Shown here: positions 46,462 through 56,729 of the stretch, piece by piece | Position numbering within the stretch: the first letter of the stretch is position 1 | How the letters are laid out: every line of letters begins with the position of its first letter | Origin: Bacillota bacterium | Lineage (GTDB): Bacteria; Bacillota; Clostridia; Ch29 | NCBI GenBank assembly: GCA_013540605.1 | Contig: JABVCK010000009.1 | Span: 100,341-164,340, forward strand | Direction of reading: 5' to 3' | Length of the DNA: 64,000 nt | Notes under the pieces: generated by a model | Database searches by the model: none | What the model saw: the letters and a program-made list of their open reading frames with translations, nothing else | Told to the model about the DNA's origin: nothing | Made by a program: the position numbers and the translations under genes

Positions 46462-48597
46462 ATGAAAAAGAATAGTCTTCTTAAGAGTATAATATTGTAT
46501 ATATGCATAATAATTGTCATGTTGAGTATGTTTCTTATAGTCGATGATCTATTGATGTACAGGGCGAGGAAACTTGTAGAAAATGGAGATGTTTGGGATG
46601 GTGTGGAGCAGTACGGCAAACTGGTAAGCCTTATTCCTGACAGTTCCATAGCTGATGACGCGCTGTATGAAGCGGGTGCAGCCCTCTGGGAGTTCCCGCT
46701 ATCCGACCGTATACAGCTATGCAAAGTATCGACCGAAGGAACGGTCACATCAACTGTCTTGGAAGAGGAACTGGATATGGAGGTTGCTTTAAACTGCTGG
46801 CTCTCCCTTGCCAAAAAATATCCGGACAGCAGTCTGGCAAAGGCTGCGAGGGTGAGGATAGCAGAGGTATACTATCACATGGGATTATGGGAAAATGTTA
46901 TAGATGAACTGGAGGGGTCGCCAGAGGAATACAAAGAGGACTGGGATAGGGCTGCCTTTTTGAAAGCAGGGGCATACATCAGAAAAGGCAGGCCGGATGA
47001 CGCTATAACATTGATTGAAGGTATTAAACAGGATTTGACTCCGTGGCTAAGGATACTCAAGGGCGATGCCCTCGCAGAAATTGGGGAGTTAGACCTTGCC
47101 GGCGATGCTTACTCAAGTATAGATGCATACAGCCTTGATACCAACAGCGCAATCGTACGGCAAAGGCTGCTGAGGCTTGAGTGCCTGGGGTATGATAAGG
47201 ATGAGGGCGGCATTTTGCTTCAGGGTAAAATTGATTCAGGCGAAAGCAGCCTGGCCGGCATAGAGGTCAGAGCGGTTAATAAATACAACGAACAGCAGAT
47301 ATACATAACGTACACGGATAAAAAGGGAGTGTACCGGTTTGAAACCCTCCCGGAGGGAGTCTACTTAATTGAGGCCTTTGTACCCGCGGAAATTCTTCAG
47401 AATAAATACCTTGTAGTTGACGGGCCATCGTATATAGCGGTTGACGTAGGCAGTATGAATAACATTGATTTTCATCTGAGGAATAGGTTTACGGCCAAGT
47501 TGTACAGGGACGGGCATGTTGTAAACCTTGAGTGGCAGGACTATCCCGGAGCTTCGGGATATAGGATGAATATCGGAGAGGTTGTGAGAAAGGGCGGGAC
47601 CGGAAAAGCAGCCAACCCGACGTTTCTTAACGTGATGGGCAGTACCGTTGTAAAGCAGCAGGTGAGTAAAGATGAGAACTGGACCGCGTACTATGCTCCG
47701 GTAGGAGATGTGCCAGGTACTAAATATGAATTTGACGCTGCAAGGGAGAATGGCAGGCATTTTGCAGACATGATAGGTAAAGCGCCGGCAAGTCCTGGAT
47801 TTGTGTTGGGAATGCCGTATTACGGAGGAGAATTTGCGTTTAAGGTTCAGGCTTTGGATGGTAAAGGCGAGGTAATATCGGAGAGTAATGAATGTCTCAC
47901 AGCTTTCCTGTATGAAGACACGGGGAAAATTAATGAATTGATAATAAATTACAGGTTTGAGGGCGCAAAGGATATGCTGGAGGATGCCGACAGTCCTGGT
48001 GACCTCGAAATTTTGGCGAGGCTGTACCAGGCAACGTTTAAATTCGATAAAAGCGCGGAGGTATATTATTCATTGTTCGGAAAGACCGGGAAGGAAGACT
48101 GCCTGGTTAAAGCTTTGGAGATGTGGGAAAAAGCTGAGGATTACGAAAAGGTGGTAGATATCCTGGAAATCGTTCCAAGATCCTTGAGAGAGAAAATGCA
48201 ATACCAAATGGCAAAATCATACCTGTGGAGCGGTGAAATGGAGAAGGCAGGACAACTGTTGGACTCGGCTGATGAAAAGGCGCAGGACACGAAGATGCAT
48301 GTGTTATATCACATGCTTGCGGAAGAATATGATAAGGCTGCAAAGATAGAGCACCCTTACAAGCTGCAGTATTTTGGATACGTGGTCGGCAGAGGTATCC
48401 GGCAGATGGAGATGTGTACTTCAGAGGCTGCCATGGAGAGTTTTAAAGGATGCATCAAAAAGCTCGACAGCCCCCGTGAAGACAGCATGCAGAAATTCAT
48501 TGTAGAGTATAGGGGTTTCAGAGATGCGTATAAAGCCCAGTATCCTGAGATGGAGGCACTTCTTTTAGAACTGGGAAGGATATACTGGGAAATTTAG
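46462..48597 (+). CDS. Membrane-anchored TPR-repeat protein with an internal carboxypeptidase-regulatory-like (CarboxypepD_reg) beta-sandwich domain
   Basis: N-terminal TM (SIILYICIIIVMLSMFLIV). Multiple TPR-like helical repeats. The central segment GIEVRAVNKYNEQQIYITYTDKKGVYRFETLPEGVYLIEAF fits the CarboxypepD_reg pattern. Confidence 0.55.
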   Translation: MKKNSLLKSIILYICIIIVMLSMFLIVDDLLMYRARKLVENGDVWDGVEQYGKLVSLIPDSSIADDALYEAGAALWEFPLSDRIQLCKVSTEGTVTSTVLEEELDMEVALNCWLSLAKKYPDSSLAKAARVRIAEVYYHMGLWENVIDELEGSPEEYKEDWDRAAFLKAGAYIRKGRPDDAITLIEGIKQDLTPWLRILKGDALAEIGELDLAGDAYSSIDAYSLDTNSAIVRQRLLRLECLGYDKDEGGILLQGKIDSGESSLAGIEVRAVNKYNEQQIYITYTDKKGVYRFETLPEGVYLIEAFVPAEILQNKYLVVDGPSYIAVDVGSMNNIDFHLRNRFTAKLYRDGHVVNLEWQDYPGASGYRMNIGEVVRKGGTGKAANPTFLNVMGSTVVKQQVSKDENWTAYYAPVGDVPGTKYEFDAARENGRHFADMIGKAPASPGFVLGMPYYGGEFAFKVQALDGKGEVISESNECLTAFLYEDTGKINELIINYRFEGAKDMLEDADSPGDLEILARLYQATFKFDKSAEVYYSLFGKTGKEDCLVKALEMWEKAEDYEKVVDILEIVPRSLREKMQYQMAKSYLWSGEMEKAGQLLDSADEKAQDTKMHVLYHMLAEEYDKAAKIEHPYKLQYFGYVVGRGIRQMEMCTSEAAMESFKGCIKKLDSPREDSMQKFIVEYRGFRDAYKAQYPEMEALLLELGRIYWEI

Positions 48598-48617
48598 AGG
48601 ACTTTTTCATGTCTTTA

Positions 48618-48728
48618 GCCCACTTCAGTAGCCCACCCTTAAGGGTGGGCTACTCATGTATGGCAAACGAAACGTCCCCTTGCCACCCACGATAATCACA
48701 CAGAAAGGCAAAAATGTCTTGACACCGG
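48618..48728. repeat. Right arm of imperfect inverted repeats flanking the TPR gene (core TGGCAAACGAAACGTC). Contains the perfect 11-bp hairpin GTAGCCCACCC-ttaa-GGGTGGGCTAC.
   Basis: See the left arm. The hairpin at 48629-48654 may also terminate the TPR gene. Confidence 0.6.
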
Positions 48729-48812
48729 GCATCATTTAATATAGAATAATCACATTAGCTCACTATCGAATTAGCGATTTAGCGCAATAAAGCATAAAAG
48801 GAGGAGCGGCGG

Positions 48813-50111
48813 ATGTCCGATTATAGATTTCAAGTTCCCGATGGCGTCAGCGACATAACCACGGATGAATGCGCAATAAAAAGGTGCACGGAGAATAGGA
48901 TGAGGGCAGCCTTCAGGGGTTATGGTTTTAGCGAGGTGAGTACACCGGCCTTTGAGTATCTGGATGTATTCAGCAACAGAAATATCGCCATAGAGCAGGA
49001 GCACATGTTCAAGCTCATTGACCCGAACGGCAGGGTGCTGGTTCTACGGCCGGATGTCACGGTTCCCATAGCAAGGATGGTGTCAACCGGCATGAAAACA
49101 GTACAAAAACCATTAAAGCTGTTTTATATATCGGATGTATACAGGATCAACCCTATGCAATCATCAAATGAGCGGGAATTCACCCAGGCGGGGATTGAAA
49201 TAGTCGGCGCAGACAGTACCGAAGCGGATGGGGAAGCTATAGCAGTGGCGGTTGAAGCGCTGGCTGCTTCGGGCCTGGATGATTTCAGGATAGATATAGG
49301 GCAGGTGAAATTTTTCCAAAGCATTATTGACGAAATAGATATTCCCACAGCGGATAAGGAGAAGGTTAGAAGCTACATTCACAACAAAAACCTGGTAGCT
49401 GTTGAAGAGTTTCTTGACAGCAGGGGTATTAACGGAAAATACAAAGAACTGCTCTTATTGATACCTGTGCTTTACGGTGAACCTGAAGAAGTTATGAGCA
49501 GGGCAAGGGAGTTCCGGCTTAATGAGGGTGCAAAAAAGGCACTGAAGGATATTGAGGAGGCCTATGAGATAATAAAGGAATACGGATATGAGAAGTATGT
49601 TTCAGTTGACCTGGGAATGGTCAGCGAGTTGGCATACTATACGGGAATAATATTTAAAGGCTTTACAAGGGACCTGGGATATATCATATGCAGCGGAGGG
49701 CGGTATGACGACCTGTATGGCGAGTTTGGCGAAAAGAGGGCTGCAACGGGTTTTGCCATAAACGTGAACAGGGTGGTGCAAGCCCTAAGGAAGCAGAAAA
49801 AAGAAGAAAAGCAGGAAGAAAGAAGTTACCTGTTAAGCTATGAAAAGATGGATAGAAGAAAAGCGATAGAGACTGCAAAACGGTTGAGGAATGCGGGATA
49901 CTGTATAGAACTTGATATACTGGCCAGGAGCCCGCAAGAGCTTTTGGATTATGCAAAGGGTAAGGGAATCATGGGTATTATCGGTATTGAAGAAGGAAGC
50001 AGGTTGAAGGTTACCGATACAAAAACAGGGATAAGCAAGATCACCAGCATTCCGGGCATGGTTGCAAGCGTCTGGGGTGACAGGCTGGACAACATCTCCG
50101 GATGGCACTAG
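48813..50111 (+). CDS. hisZ: ATP phosphoribosyltransferase regulatory subunit (HisS paralog)
   Basis: 432 aa with a class II aaRS-like core and no anticodon-binding specificity. Directly precedes a short-form hisG. Confidence 0.8.
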   Translation: MSDYRFQVPDGVSDITTDECAIKRCTENRMRAAFRGYGFSEVSTPAFEYLDVFSNRNIAIEQEHMFKLIDPNGRVLVLRPDVTVPIARMVSTGMKTVQKPLKLFYISDVYRINPMQSSNEREFTQAGIEIVGADSTEADGEAIAVAVEALAASGLDDFRIDIGQVKFFQSIIDEIDIPTADKEKVRSYIHNKNLVAVEEFLDSRGINGKYKELLLLIPVLYGEPEEVMSRAREFRLNEGAKKALKDIEEAYEIIKEYGYEKYVSVDLGMVSELAYYTGIIFKGFTRDLGYIICSGGRYDDLYGEFGEKRAATGFAINVNRVVQALRKQKKEEKQEERSYLLSYEKMDRRKAIETAKRLRNAGYCIELDILARSPQELLDYAKGKGIMGIIGIEEGSRLKVTDTKTGISKITSIPGMVASVWGDRLDNISGWH

Positions 50112-50121
50112 GAGGACCTCT

Positions 50122-50763
50122 ATGGATAGGTTTATAAGAATAGCCCTTGCAAAGGGGAGAATTGCATCACAGTCTAAGCATCTGTTTGAAAAAATAGGAA
50201 TGGACTGCAGCCAGCTTGGGACCGGCAGCAGGAAGCTGATAGTTGCGGATATGAATAACAGGGTTGAGTTCATTCTGGTTAAAGCTAACGATGTGACAAA
50301 ATATGTTGAGCAAGGGGCTGTCGATATGGGAGTCGTGGGCAAGGACACGCTTCTTGAGCAGCAGCCTGACCTTTTTGAGGTGCTGGACCTTGGAATTGGA
50401 AGATGCAGGATGGTTGTGGCAGGTAAAAGTGGTTATATGGACGGTGGGAACGATGCAGTAAAGGTTGTCGCCACAAAGTATCCTGTTACGGCCCAGCGAT
50501 ACTTCAGAGAAAAGGGAGAAAACATAAGAGTGGTAAAACTCGACGGGTCGGTAGAACTGGCCCCCCTTGTCGGCCTGTCCCATGTGATCGTCGACCTTGT
50601 GGAAACCGGGAGGACGTTAAGGGATAATGGGTTAGTCATACTTGAAGAAATATGTCCGATCAGCGCCCGGCTGGTGGTTAACAAGGTGAGTTTGAAGATG
50701 GAGAATGAAAGGATCACAGGGGTGCTGAAAGCGCTAAGGGAAGTATTGAGGAAGGCGGGTTAG
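50122..50763 (+). CDS. hisG: ATP phosphoribosyltransferase, short form
   Basis: 213 aa. The ATG at 50122 follows AGGAGGA. Short HisG(S) that requires HisZ. Confidence 0.85.
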   Translation: MDRFIRIALAKGRIASQSKHLFEKIGMDCSQLGTGSRKLIVADMNNRVEFILVKANDVTKYVEQGAVDMGVVGKDTLLEQQPDLFEVLDLGIGRCRMVVAGKSGYMDGGNDAVKVVATKYPVTAQRYFREKGENIRVVKLDGSVELAPLVGLSHVIVDLVETGRTLRDNGLVILEEICPISARLVVNKVSLKMENERITGVLKALREVLRKAG

Positions 50764-50765
50764 GT

Positions 50766-52058
50766 ATGAGGGTTATTGATTTGCGCAAGGGTGGCTATAC
50801 TGCTCTCAGCGAGGTTCTTGACGGGAGGAAAGGGCTGGTTTCAGGAGATTACTGGGAGATTGTGAAGAGGATAGTGGAAGAAGTAAGGGAGAATGGCGAC
50901 AGCGCACTTCTGAAATTCACACTGGAGTTCGATGGTATCGTCCAGCCGGAAGAAGGGCTGAGGGTGGGCAAGGAAGAGATTGAAGAGGCCTATGCAAAAG
51001 TTGACGGCGATTTTATAGGAGCCCTTGAAAAGGCGATCAAGAATATTTTTGAATTCCATGACAGTCAAAGGGAAAAATCCTGGTTCTCCAATAAGCAAGG
51101 CATAATCCTCGGTCAGATTGTAAACCCGATAGAGAGCGTTGGGGTGTATGTACCGGGAGGAACCGCAGCATATCCTTCGTCGGTGCTCATGAACGTGATA
51201 CCGGCGAAGGTTGCGGGCGTAAAAAGGGTTGTTATGATAACACCGCCCGGCCGGAGAGGTATCAAACCGGAGGTTCTGGTAGCCGCAGACAGAGCCGGTG
51301 CCGATGAGATATACAGGGTGGGAGGAGCCCAGGGAATTGCCGCCCTTGCCTATGGAACCGAAACCATTAAGCCGGTGGATAAGATAGTAGGACCCGGAAA
51401 TATATACGTTGCCCTTGCAAAAAAAATGGTCTATGGCGATGTTGGGATAGATATGATAGCCGGCCCAAGCGAGATACTAATCATAGCGGATTGCAGCGCA
51501 AGGCCCGAGTTTGTTGCAGCGGATATGATTTCCCAGGCAGAACACGATATCATGGCATCCTCGGTATTGATAACCGATAGTAAGCAGCTGGCGGAAAGGG
51601 TGTGCGTGGAAATAAACAGGCAGCTTGACCTGCTGCCGAGGAGGGAAATTGCGAGTAAATCCCTTGAAGATTACGGCGTTATAGCGCTTGCAGGCAGCCT
51701 TAAAGAGGCCTGCGATATAGCAAACAGTATAGCGCCGGAGCATCTGGAGCTTATGGTTGAAAATCCCATGGAACTGCTTGGGAGGATAAGAAACGCGGGG
51801 GCAATATTCATGGGGGAGTTTTCACCGGAGCCCCTGGGGGATTATTTTGCCGGCCCAAACCATGTACTTCCCACCGGAGGAACGGCGCGGTTCTCTTCTC
51901 CGCTGTCGGTTGACCAGTTCGTAAAGAAATCAAGCCTCGTTTATTATTCAAGGGAAGCCCTTGAAGAGGCGGCGGGAGAAGTATTGAAGCTTGCCAGGGT
52001 TGAAGGGTTGGACGGCCATGGCAGGGCGGTGGAAGTGAGGTTTGAGGATAATGATTGA
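50766..52058 (+). CDS. hisD: Histidinol dehydrogenase
   Basis: 430 aa with conserved HisD motifs (GPGNIYV, SQAEHD). Confidence 0.9.
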   Translation: MRVIDLRKGGYTALSEVLDGRKGLVSGDYWEIVKRIVEEVRENGDSALLKFTLEFDGIVQPEEGLRVGKEEIEEAYAKVDGDFIGALEKAIKNIFEFHDSQREKSWFSNKQGIILGQIVNPIESVGVYVPGGTAAYPSSVLMNVIPAKVAGVKRVVMITPPGRRGIKPEVLVAADRAGADEIYRVGGAQGIAALAYGTETIKPVDKIVGPGNIYVALAKKMVYGDVGIDMIAGPSEILIIADCSARPEFVAADMISQAEHDIMASSVLITDSKQLAERVCVEINRQLDLLPRREIASKSLEDYGVIALAGSLKEACDIANSIAPEHLELMVENPMELLGRIRNAGAIFMGEFSPEPLGDYFAGPNHVLPTGGTARFSSPLSVDQFVKKSSLVYYSREALEEAAGEVLKLARVEGLDGHGRAVEVRFEDND

Positions 52059-53112
52059 AAATCTGATTCGGGAAGAGATCAGAGGGCTTAGGGCATATAA
52101 GGAAGGCGGCATCAACAGCAGGTTCAAGCTGGACGCAAACGAGAACGGCTGGGGCCTGCCGGACAGTACAAAGGCTTCAATCGTGGAGAGCCTCAAAGAT
52201 TTTCCGTACCATAGGTACCCCGATTCCGACAGTACCGATCTGCGTGAAAGGCTGAGCGGGTATACGGGGGTAAAACCCGAGCATCTTATGATAGGCAACG
52301 GTTCTGATGAACTGATACAATATATTGTCCAGACGTTCATTGGCAGGGGCGACAGGGTGGTAACCCAGTATCCCACCTTCTCTATGTACGGGTTCTTTAC
52401 CAAGCTTATGGGAGGAATACCAATAGAAGTATATGGAGATGGAGCGTTCCGTGTAGATACAGAGTTAATCATAGATACTGCAAAGGCCGAGGAGGCAAAG
52501 GTGGTTTTCCTGTGCAATCCGAACAACCCCACCGGAAGAGCTATGGCATCAGAAGAGATAAGGAAGGTGCTGACGGGAGTGCCGGGAGTTCTTGTGGTGG
52601 ATGAGGCCTATTTTGAGTTTCACGGCGAGAGCGTTATAAAATGGATATACAGGTATGATAATCTTGTGGTCCTGAGAACGTTTTCAAAGGCCATGGCTAT
52701 TGGCGGATTAAGGGTGGGATACCTGGCAGCCAACGACAGCATAATGAAATATCTTACACGGGTTAAAGTCCCCTACAATGTAGGGTCCTTTTCACAGCAT
52801 GCTGCCGCGAAGGTGTTGGAACACCTGGAAAGCGTGCGGGAATGGCTGGCAGCATTCGGCGAAGTAAGGGATGCTTTTATTGAAAGCCTGTCTGCCGTTG
52901 ACAGGATTAAAGTTATTCCCAGCAGGGCGAATTTTGTTCTCATAGAGGTAGATGATGCTGAATGGCTGTGGAACAGGCTGGTAGAAAAAGGAATTCTGGT
53001 GCGGAAGTTCGGAGATGAAAGGCTTAGGAAACACCTCAGGGTTACCATAGGCACGCCCCATGAAAACGAGGCCTTTCTCCTCGAAATCAAAAGGATACTT
53101 GGAGGTATGTGA
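52042..53112 (+). CDS. hisC: Histidinol-phosphate aminotransferase
   Basis: 356-aa class II aminotransferase with PLP lysine in the FSKAMAIGGLRVGY region. Confidence 0.85.
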   Translation: MRIMIENLIREEIRGLRAYKEGGINSRFKLDANENGWGLPDSTKASIVESLKDFPYHRYPDSDSTDLRERLSGYTGVKPEHLMIGNGSDELIQYIVQTFIGRGDRVVTQYPTFSMYGFFTKLMGGIPIEVYGDGAFRVDTELIIDTAKAEEAKVVFLCNPNNPTGRAMASEEIRKVLTGVPGVLVVDEAYFEFHGESVIKWIYRYDNLVVLRTFSKAMAIGGLRVGYLAANDSIMKYLTRVKVPYNVGSFSQHAAAKVLEHLESVREWLAAFGEVRDAFIESLSAVDRIKVIPSRANFVLIEVDDAEWLWNRLVEKGILVRKFGDERLRKHLRVTIGTPHENEAFLLEIKRILGGM

Positions 53113-53113
53113 C

Positions 53114-53698
53114 TTGAGAAGAGCTGAGCAAAGCAGGGAAACCAAAGAAACAACCGTAAAAACAATTCTGGTTATAGACGGCTCAGGCAGCTCGCAGGTT
53201 GACACGGGCGTAGGCTTTTTCGACCACATGCTGGAGCTTTTTGCGCGGCATGGTTTTTTTGACCTGATGGTAAAAGCAGAGGGAGATACCCGGGTTGACT
53301 ATCATCACACAGTGGAGGACACGGGCATCGTATTGGGTAAGGCGATAGCCCTGGCCCTTGGCGACAGGTCGGGTATCCGCAGGTATTCAACCGAATTTAC
53401 GCCTATGGATGAGAGCCTTTCGATGATTTCACTGGATGTAAGCGGCAGGCCGTACCTGTACTTTGACGTTCAATACACAGGCGAAAGGGTAGGCGGATTT
53501 GATGTGGAACTGGTTGAGGAGTTTTTCAGGGCGTTATGCAATAACGGGGGATTAACCCTCCATGTGAAGCTTATACACGGCAGAAACAACCATCACATCA
53601 TTGAGAGCATATTTAAAGGGTTCGGAAGGGCACTGGACCGGGCAACCTCAGTGGACGACAGGGTGGCCGGCGTACTTTCCACCAAGGGAATTCTATAG
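53114..53698 (+). CDS. hisB: Imidazoleglycerol-phosphate dehydratase
   Basis: RAEQSRETKETTV N-terminus and the HH..ED / H.IE..FK motifs of IGPD. Probable TTG start at 53114 with a GGAGGT RBS. Confidence 0.85.
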   Translation: MRRAEQSRETKETTVKTILVIDGSGSSQVDTGVGFFDHMLELFARHGFFDLMVKAEGDTRVDYHHTVEDTGIVLGKAIALALGDRSGIRRYSTEFTPMDESLSMISLDVSGRPYLYFDVQYTGERVGGFDVELVEEFFRALCNNGGLTLHVKLIHGRNNHHIIESIFKGFGRALDRATSVDDRVAGVLSTKGIL

Positions 53699-53711
53699 CA
53701 GGGGTGAGGAC

Positions 53712-54317
53712 ATGATTGCAATTATTGATTATGGAATGGGAAACCTGAGAAGCGTGGAAAAAGCCGTACAGTCCCAGGGGTTTGAGGTGAAGGTCTCAAG
53801 CGATCCCGGTTTTGTTGCGGAGGCTGACAAGCTTATACTTCCGGGAGTGGGTGCGTTTCCGGATGCGATGGATAACCTGGAAAAAACGGGGCTGGCCGAT
53901 ATTATTATAGAATCGGTTAGCCGGGGGAAACCGCTCCTCGGCGTATGTCTCGGAATGCAGCTTCTGTATGAACTGGGGCTGGAAATCGAGGAGAAAAAGG
54001 GCCTTGGGTTTTTAAAGGGGAGAATAGAAAAACTGCCGCCGGGGCTTAAGATACCCCATATGGGCTGGAATTCCATAAATATCACGGAAAACTGTAAGCT
54101 GCTTAGAGGTATTGAAAACGGAAGCTATATGTATTTTGTTCACTCATACTACGCTGCGGGAGTCTCCCGGGACGAAGTACGCGCTGTTTCCGATTACGGA
54201 GTTGAAATTCCCGCTGTGGTTTGCAGCGGGAAGGTGTACGGCACCCAGTTCCACCCGGAAAAAAGCGGCGATAGGGGTATTCTGATATACAAGAACTTTG
54301 GGGAGCTGGTAGAATGA
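53712..54317 (+). CDS. hisH: Imidazole glycerol phosphate synthase glutaminase subunit
   Basis: IAIIDYGMGNLRSV N-terminus, catalytic Cys in GVCLGMQ, and HPEKS. Confidence 0.9.
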   Translation: MIAIIDYGMGNLRSVEKAVQSQGFEVKVSSDPGFVAEADKLILPGVGAFPDAMDNLEKTGLADIIIESVSRGKPLLGVCLGMQLLYELGLEIEEKKGLGFLKGRIEKLPPGLKIPHMGWNSINITENCKLLRGIENGSYMYFVHSYYAAGVSRDEVRAVSDYGVEIPAVVCSGKVYGTQFHPEKSGDRGILIYKNFGELVE

Positions 54318-55030
54318 TTGTTTATCCGGCAATCGATATAAAAAACGGCGAGTGTGTCAGGCTGATACAGGGTGACATGGAAAGGGCTACTACCTACTAC
54401 AAGAACCCGGCGGCAGCGGCTCTGAGATGGCAGAATTTAGGGGCAGAGCACTTGCATGTTGTTGACCTGGATGGAGCCGTTTCCGGGAAACCCCATAATA
54501 CTGCGGCGATTAAAGAGATACTGGATGCTGTATCGATACCTATACAGTTGGGCGGCGGGATTAGAGACCTGGAAACGGTGGAAATGGCACTCAATATGGG
54601 CGTTGAACGGGTTATTATCGGCACCGCAGCGCTGAAGGACGAGGCGTTTATACGCAGTGCTGTTTGCCGGTACGGGTCAAGGATTGTCATTGGGATAGAT
54701 GCGAGGGACGGCTGTGTGGCGGTGGAGGGTTGGAAAAGGACGAGCAGGGTAAGGCCAATGGAATTGGCTAAAAGGATGGAAGCCTATGGCGCTGAACGGG
54801 TTGTTTATACCGACATATCCAGGGATGGCATGCTGGAAGGTCCGAGCTTTGGAATGATAGAAGAGATGGTGAAGCAGACATCCATGAGCATTATAGCTTC
54901 GGGCGGCATAAGCAGTGTTGATGACCTGTTAAGGCTGAGGGAAATCGGAGCCGGTGGCGCGGTAGTTGGAAAAGCGCTGTATGCCGGCAGTATTGACCTG
55001 AAAGAAGCGCTCGATATACTGAGGAGGTAA
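54314..55030 (+). CDS. hisA: 1-(5-phosphoribosyl)-5-[(5-phosphoribosylamino)methylideneamino]imidazole-4-carboxamide isomerase
   Basis: [18 protein letters not shown]-terminus typical of HisA. Confidence 0.9.
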   Translation: MIVYPAIDIKNGECVRLIQGDMERATTYYKNPAAAALRWQNLGAEHLHVVDLDGAVSGKPHNTAAIKEILDAVSIPIQLGGGIRDLETVEMALNMGVERVIIGTAALKDEAFIRSAVCRYGSRIVIGIDARDGCVAVEGWKRTSRVRPMELAKRMEAYGAERVVYTDISRDGMLEGPSFGMIEEMVKQTSMSIIASGGISSVDDLLRLREIGAGGAVVGKALYAGSIDLKEALDILRR

Positions 55031-55035
55031 GACGG

Positions 55036-55794
55036 ATGCTCACACGCAGAATAATACCCTGCCTGGATGTACACGCAGGGAGGGTGGTTAAGGGTGTAAA
55101 CTTTATCAACTTAAGGGATGCCGGCGACCCGGTTGAAATAGCGGCCGTTTATGATAAAGGTGGCGCTGATGAAATCGTATTTCTGGATATTACAGCCTCT
55201 TCGGACGGCCGGGATATAATGGAGGAGGTTGTAAGAAGGACCGCGGAGCAGGTATTCATACCCCTTACGGTGGGAGGAGGAATAAGGTCCATAGACGATA
55301 TCAGAAATATACTGAAATGCGGTGCGGATAAGGTATCATTGAACTCTGCCGCAGTAAGGAATCCTTCGCTGATAAAAGAGGCAGCAAGGCGTTTCGGGAG
55401 CCAGTGTATAGTGGTTGCGGTCGATGCAAAATCCGTAAAAGGCGGAGGGTGGAATGTCCTTATAAACGGAGGCAGGGTTGACACCGGAAAAGACGCAATC
55501 GAATGGATAAAAGAGGTGGAAGAGCTCGGAGCCGGAGAAATTCTGCTGACCAGCATGGATAGAGACGGAACCAGAGACGGATACGACCTTGAACTCACCC
55601 GCAGGGTTTCGGAGGCGGTAAACATACCGGTTATAGCTTCAGGAGGTGCAGGCAAAAAAGAAGATTTTTTTCTGGCTCTGACCGAAGGTAAGGCTGATGC
55701 GGTTCTCGCAGCTTCATTGTTTCATTACCGGGAGCTATCCGTAAAAGAGTTAAAGGAATACCTTGCCGGGAAAGGGGTGCCTGTAAGAATATGA
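55036..55794 (+). CDS. hisF: Imidazole glycerol phosphate synthase cyclase subunit
   Basis: RIIPCLDV...VVKGV N-terminus and [11 protein letters not shown] motif. Confidence 0.9.
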   Translation: MLTRRIIPCLDVHAGRVVKGVNFINLRDAGDPVEIAAVYDKGGADEIVFLDITASSDGRDIMEEVVRRTAEQVFIPLTVGGGIRSIDDIRNILKCGADKVSLNSAAVRNPSLIKEAARRFGSQCIVVAVDAKSVKGGGWNVLINGGRVDTGKDAIEWIKEVEELGAGEILLTSMDRDGTRDGYDLELTRRVSEAVNIPVIASGGAGKKEDFFLALTEGKADAVLAASLFHYRELSVKELKEYLAGKGVPVRI

Positions 55795-56450
55795 AAAAAG
55801 CAGAGATAGACAGCCTGGTTTTTGACGGCAGAGGATTGATACCTGCAGTAATCCAGGACTATAGAACGGGCCAGGTACTCATGCTTGCTTATATGAACAG
55901 GGAATCGCTGTTAAAGACCATCGAAACAGAGACGACATGGTTTTACAGCCGGAGCAGGCAGAGTTTATGGAATAAGGGTGAAACATCGGGCAATATTCAA
56001 CGCGTTAAGGGCATTTTTGCCGATTGCGACAAGGATTCTCTGGTCGTAACGGTTGAGCAGCAGGGAACCGCCTGTCACACCGGCGAGAAATCCTGTTTCT
56101 TTCATTCCATTGCGGGGAGCAGGTATGAATATAGTGTGAATGCCTGGAGCATCCTTGAGGAGATATATGCAACCGTAGAAGACCGCCGGGACAATCCAAA
56201 GGAGGGTTCTTACACAAATTATCTGTTGAATAAGGGAATAGACAAAACCCTAAAGAAAATCGGAGAGGAATCTGCAGAAGTAATAATAGCGGCCAAAAAT
56301 CCGAAGGCCCAGGAAACCATCTGCGAGATTGCGGATTTGTTCTACCATATTACGGTGCTAATGTTTCAAAGGGGGATACGGTATGAAGATATATACGGAG
56401 AGTTGAGAAAAAGACACAAAGCAGTTGAGACAAAAAAGGAGAATGAATAG
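55791..56450 (+). CDS. hisIE: Bifunctional phosphoribosyl-AMP cyclohydrolase / phosphoribosyl-ATP pyrophosphatase
   Basis: 219 aa with a HisI N-terminal domain ([14 protein letters not shown]) and a HisE C-terminal domain. Confidence 0.85.
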   Translation: MKKAEIDSLVFDGRGLIPAVIQDYRTGQVLMLAYMNRESLLKTIETETTWFYSRSRQSLWNKGETSGNIQRVKGIFADCDKDSLVVTVEQQGTACHTGEKSCFFHSIAGSRYEYSVNAWSILEEIYATVEDRRDNPKEGSYTNYLLNKGIDKTLKKIGEESAEVIIAAKNPKAQETICEIADLFYHITVLMFQRGIRYEDIYGELRKRHKAVETKKENE

Positions 56451-56729
56451 TTTATAAAGATAAATTCAGGGTATAATAATTAATGCTTAGTAATACAATA
56501 AATAGAGTGGATAAAAATGCGGCGGACGGCTGCGCGGCACGACTCCCGGTTGCAATTTTATTTTCGGTTGCAGGATAGTTGTTACCGCAACCGGGGTCGG
56601 CTGTTTATATAAAGGCCTCTCAGAGTTTCTGGGAGGTCTTTTAGTAGTGAGGAAAGGAGATTATTCAAACGCTTACACCCAAAGGAATACTGCTGCATAG
56701 TATAATTATAGGTATTTGGGGGTGGCGGA

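Noticed and set aside
56451-56729. Possible small RNA, T-box or riboswitch in the hisIE-yncE intergenic region (CCGGTTGC...GCAACCGG inverted repeats)
   Set aside because: There is some dyad symmetry but no recognisable conserved RNA motif and no clear terminator. Evidence is insufficient to call a feature.
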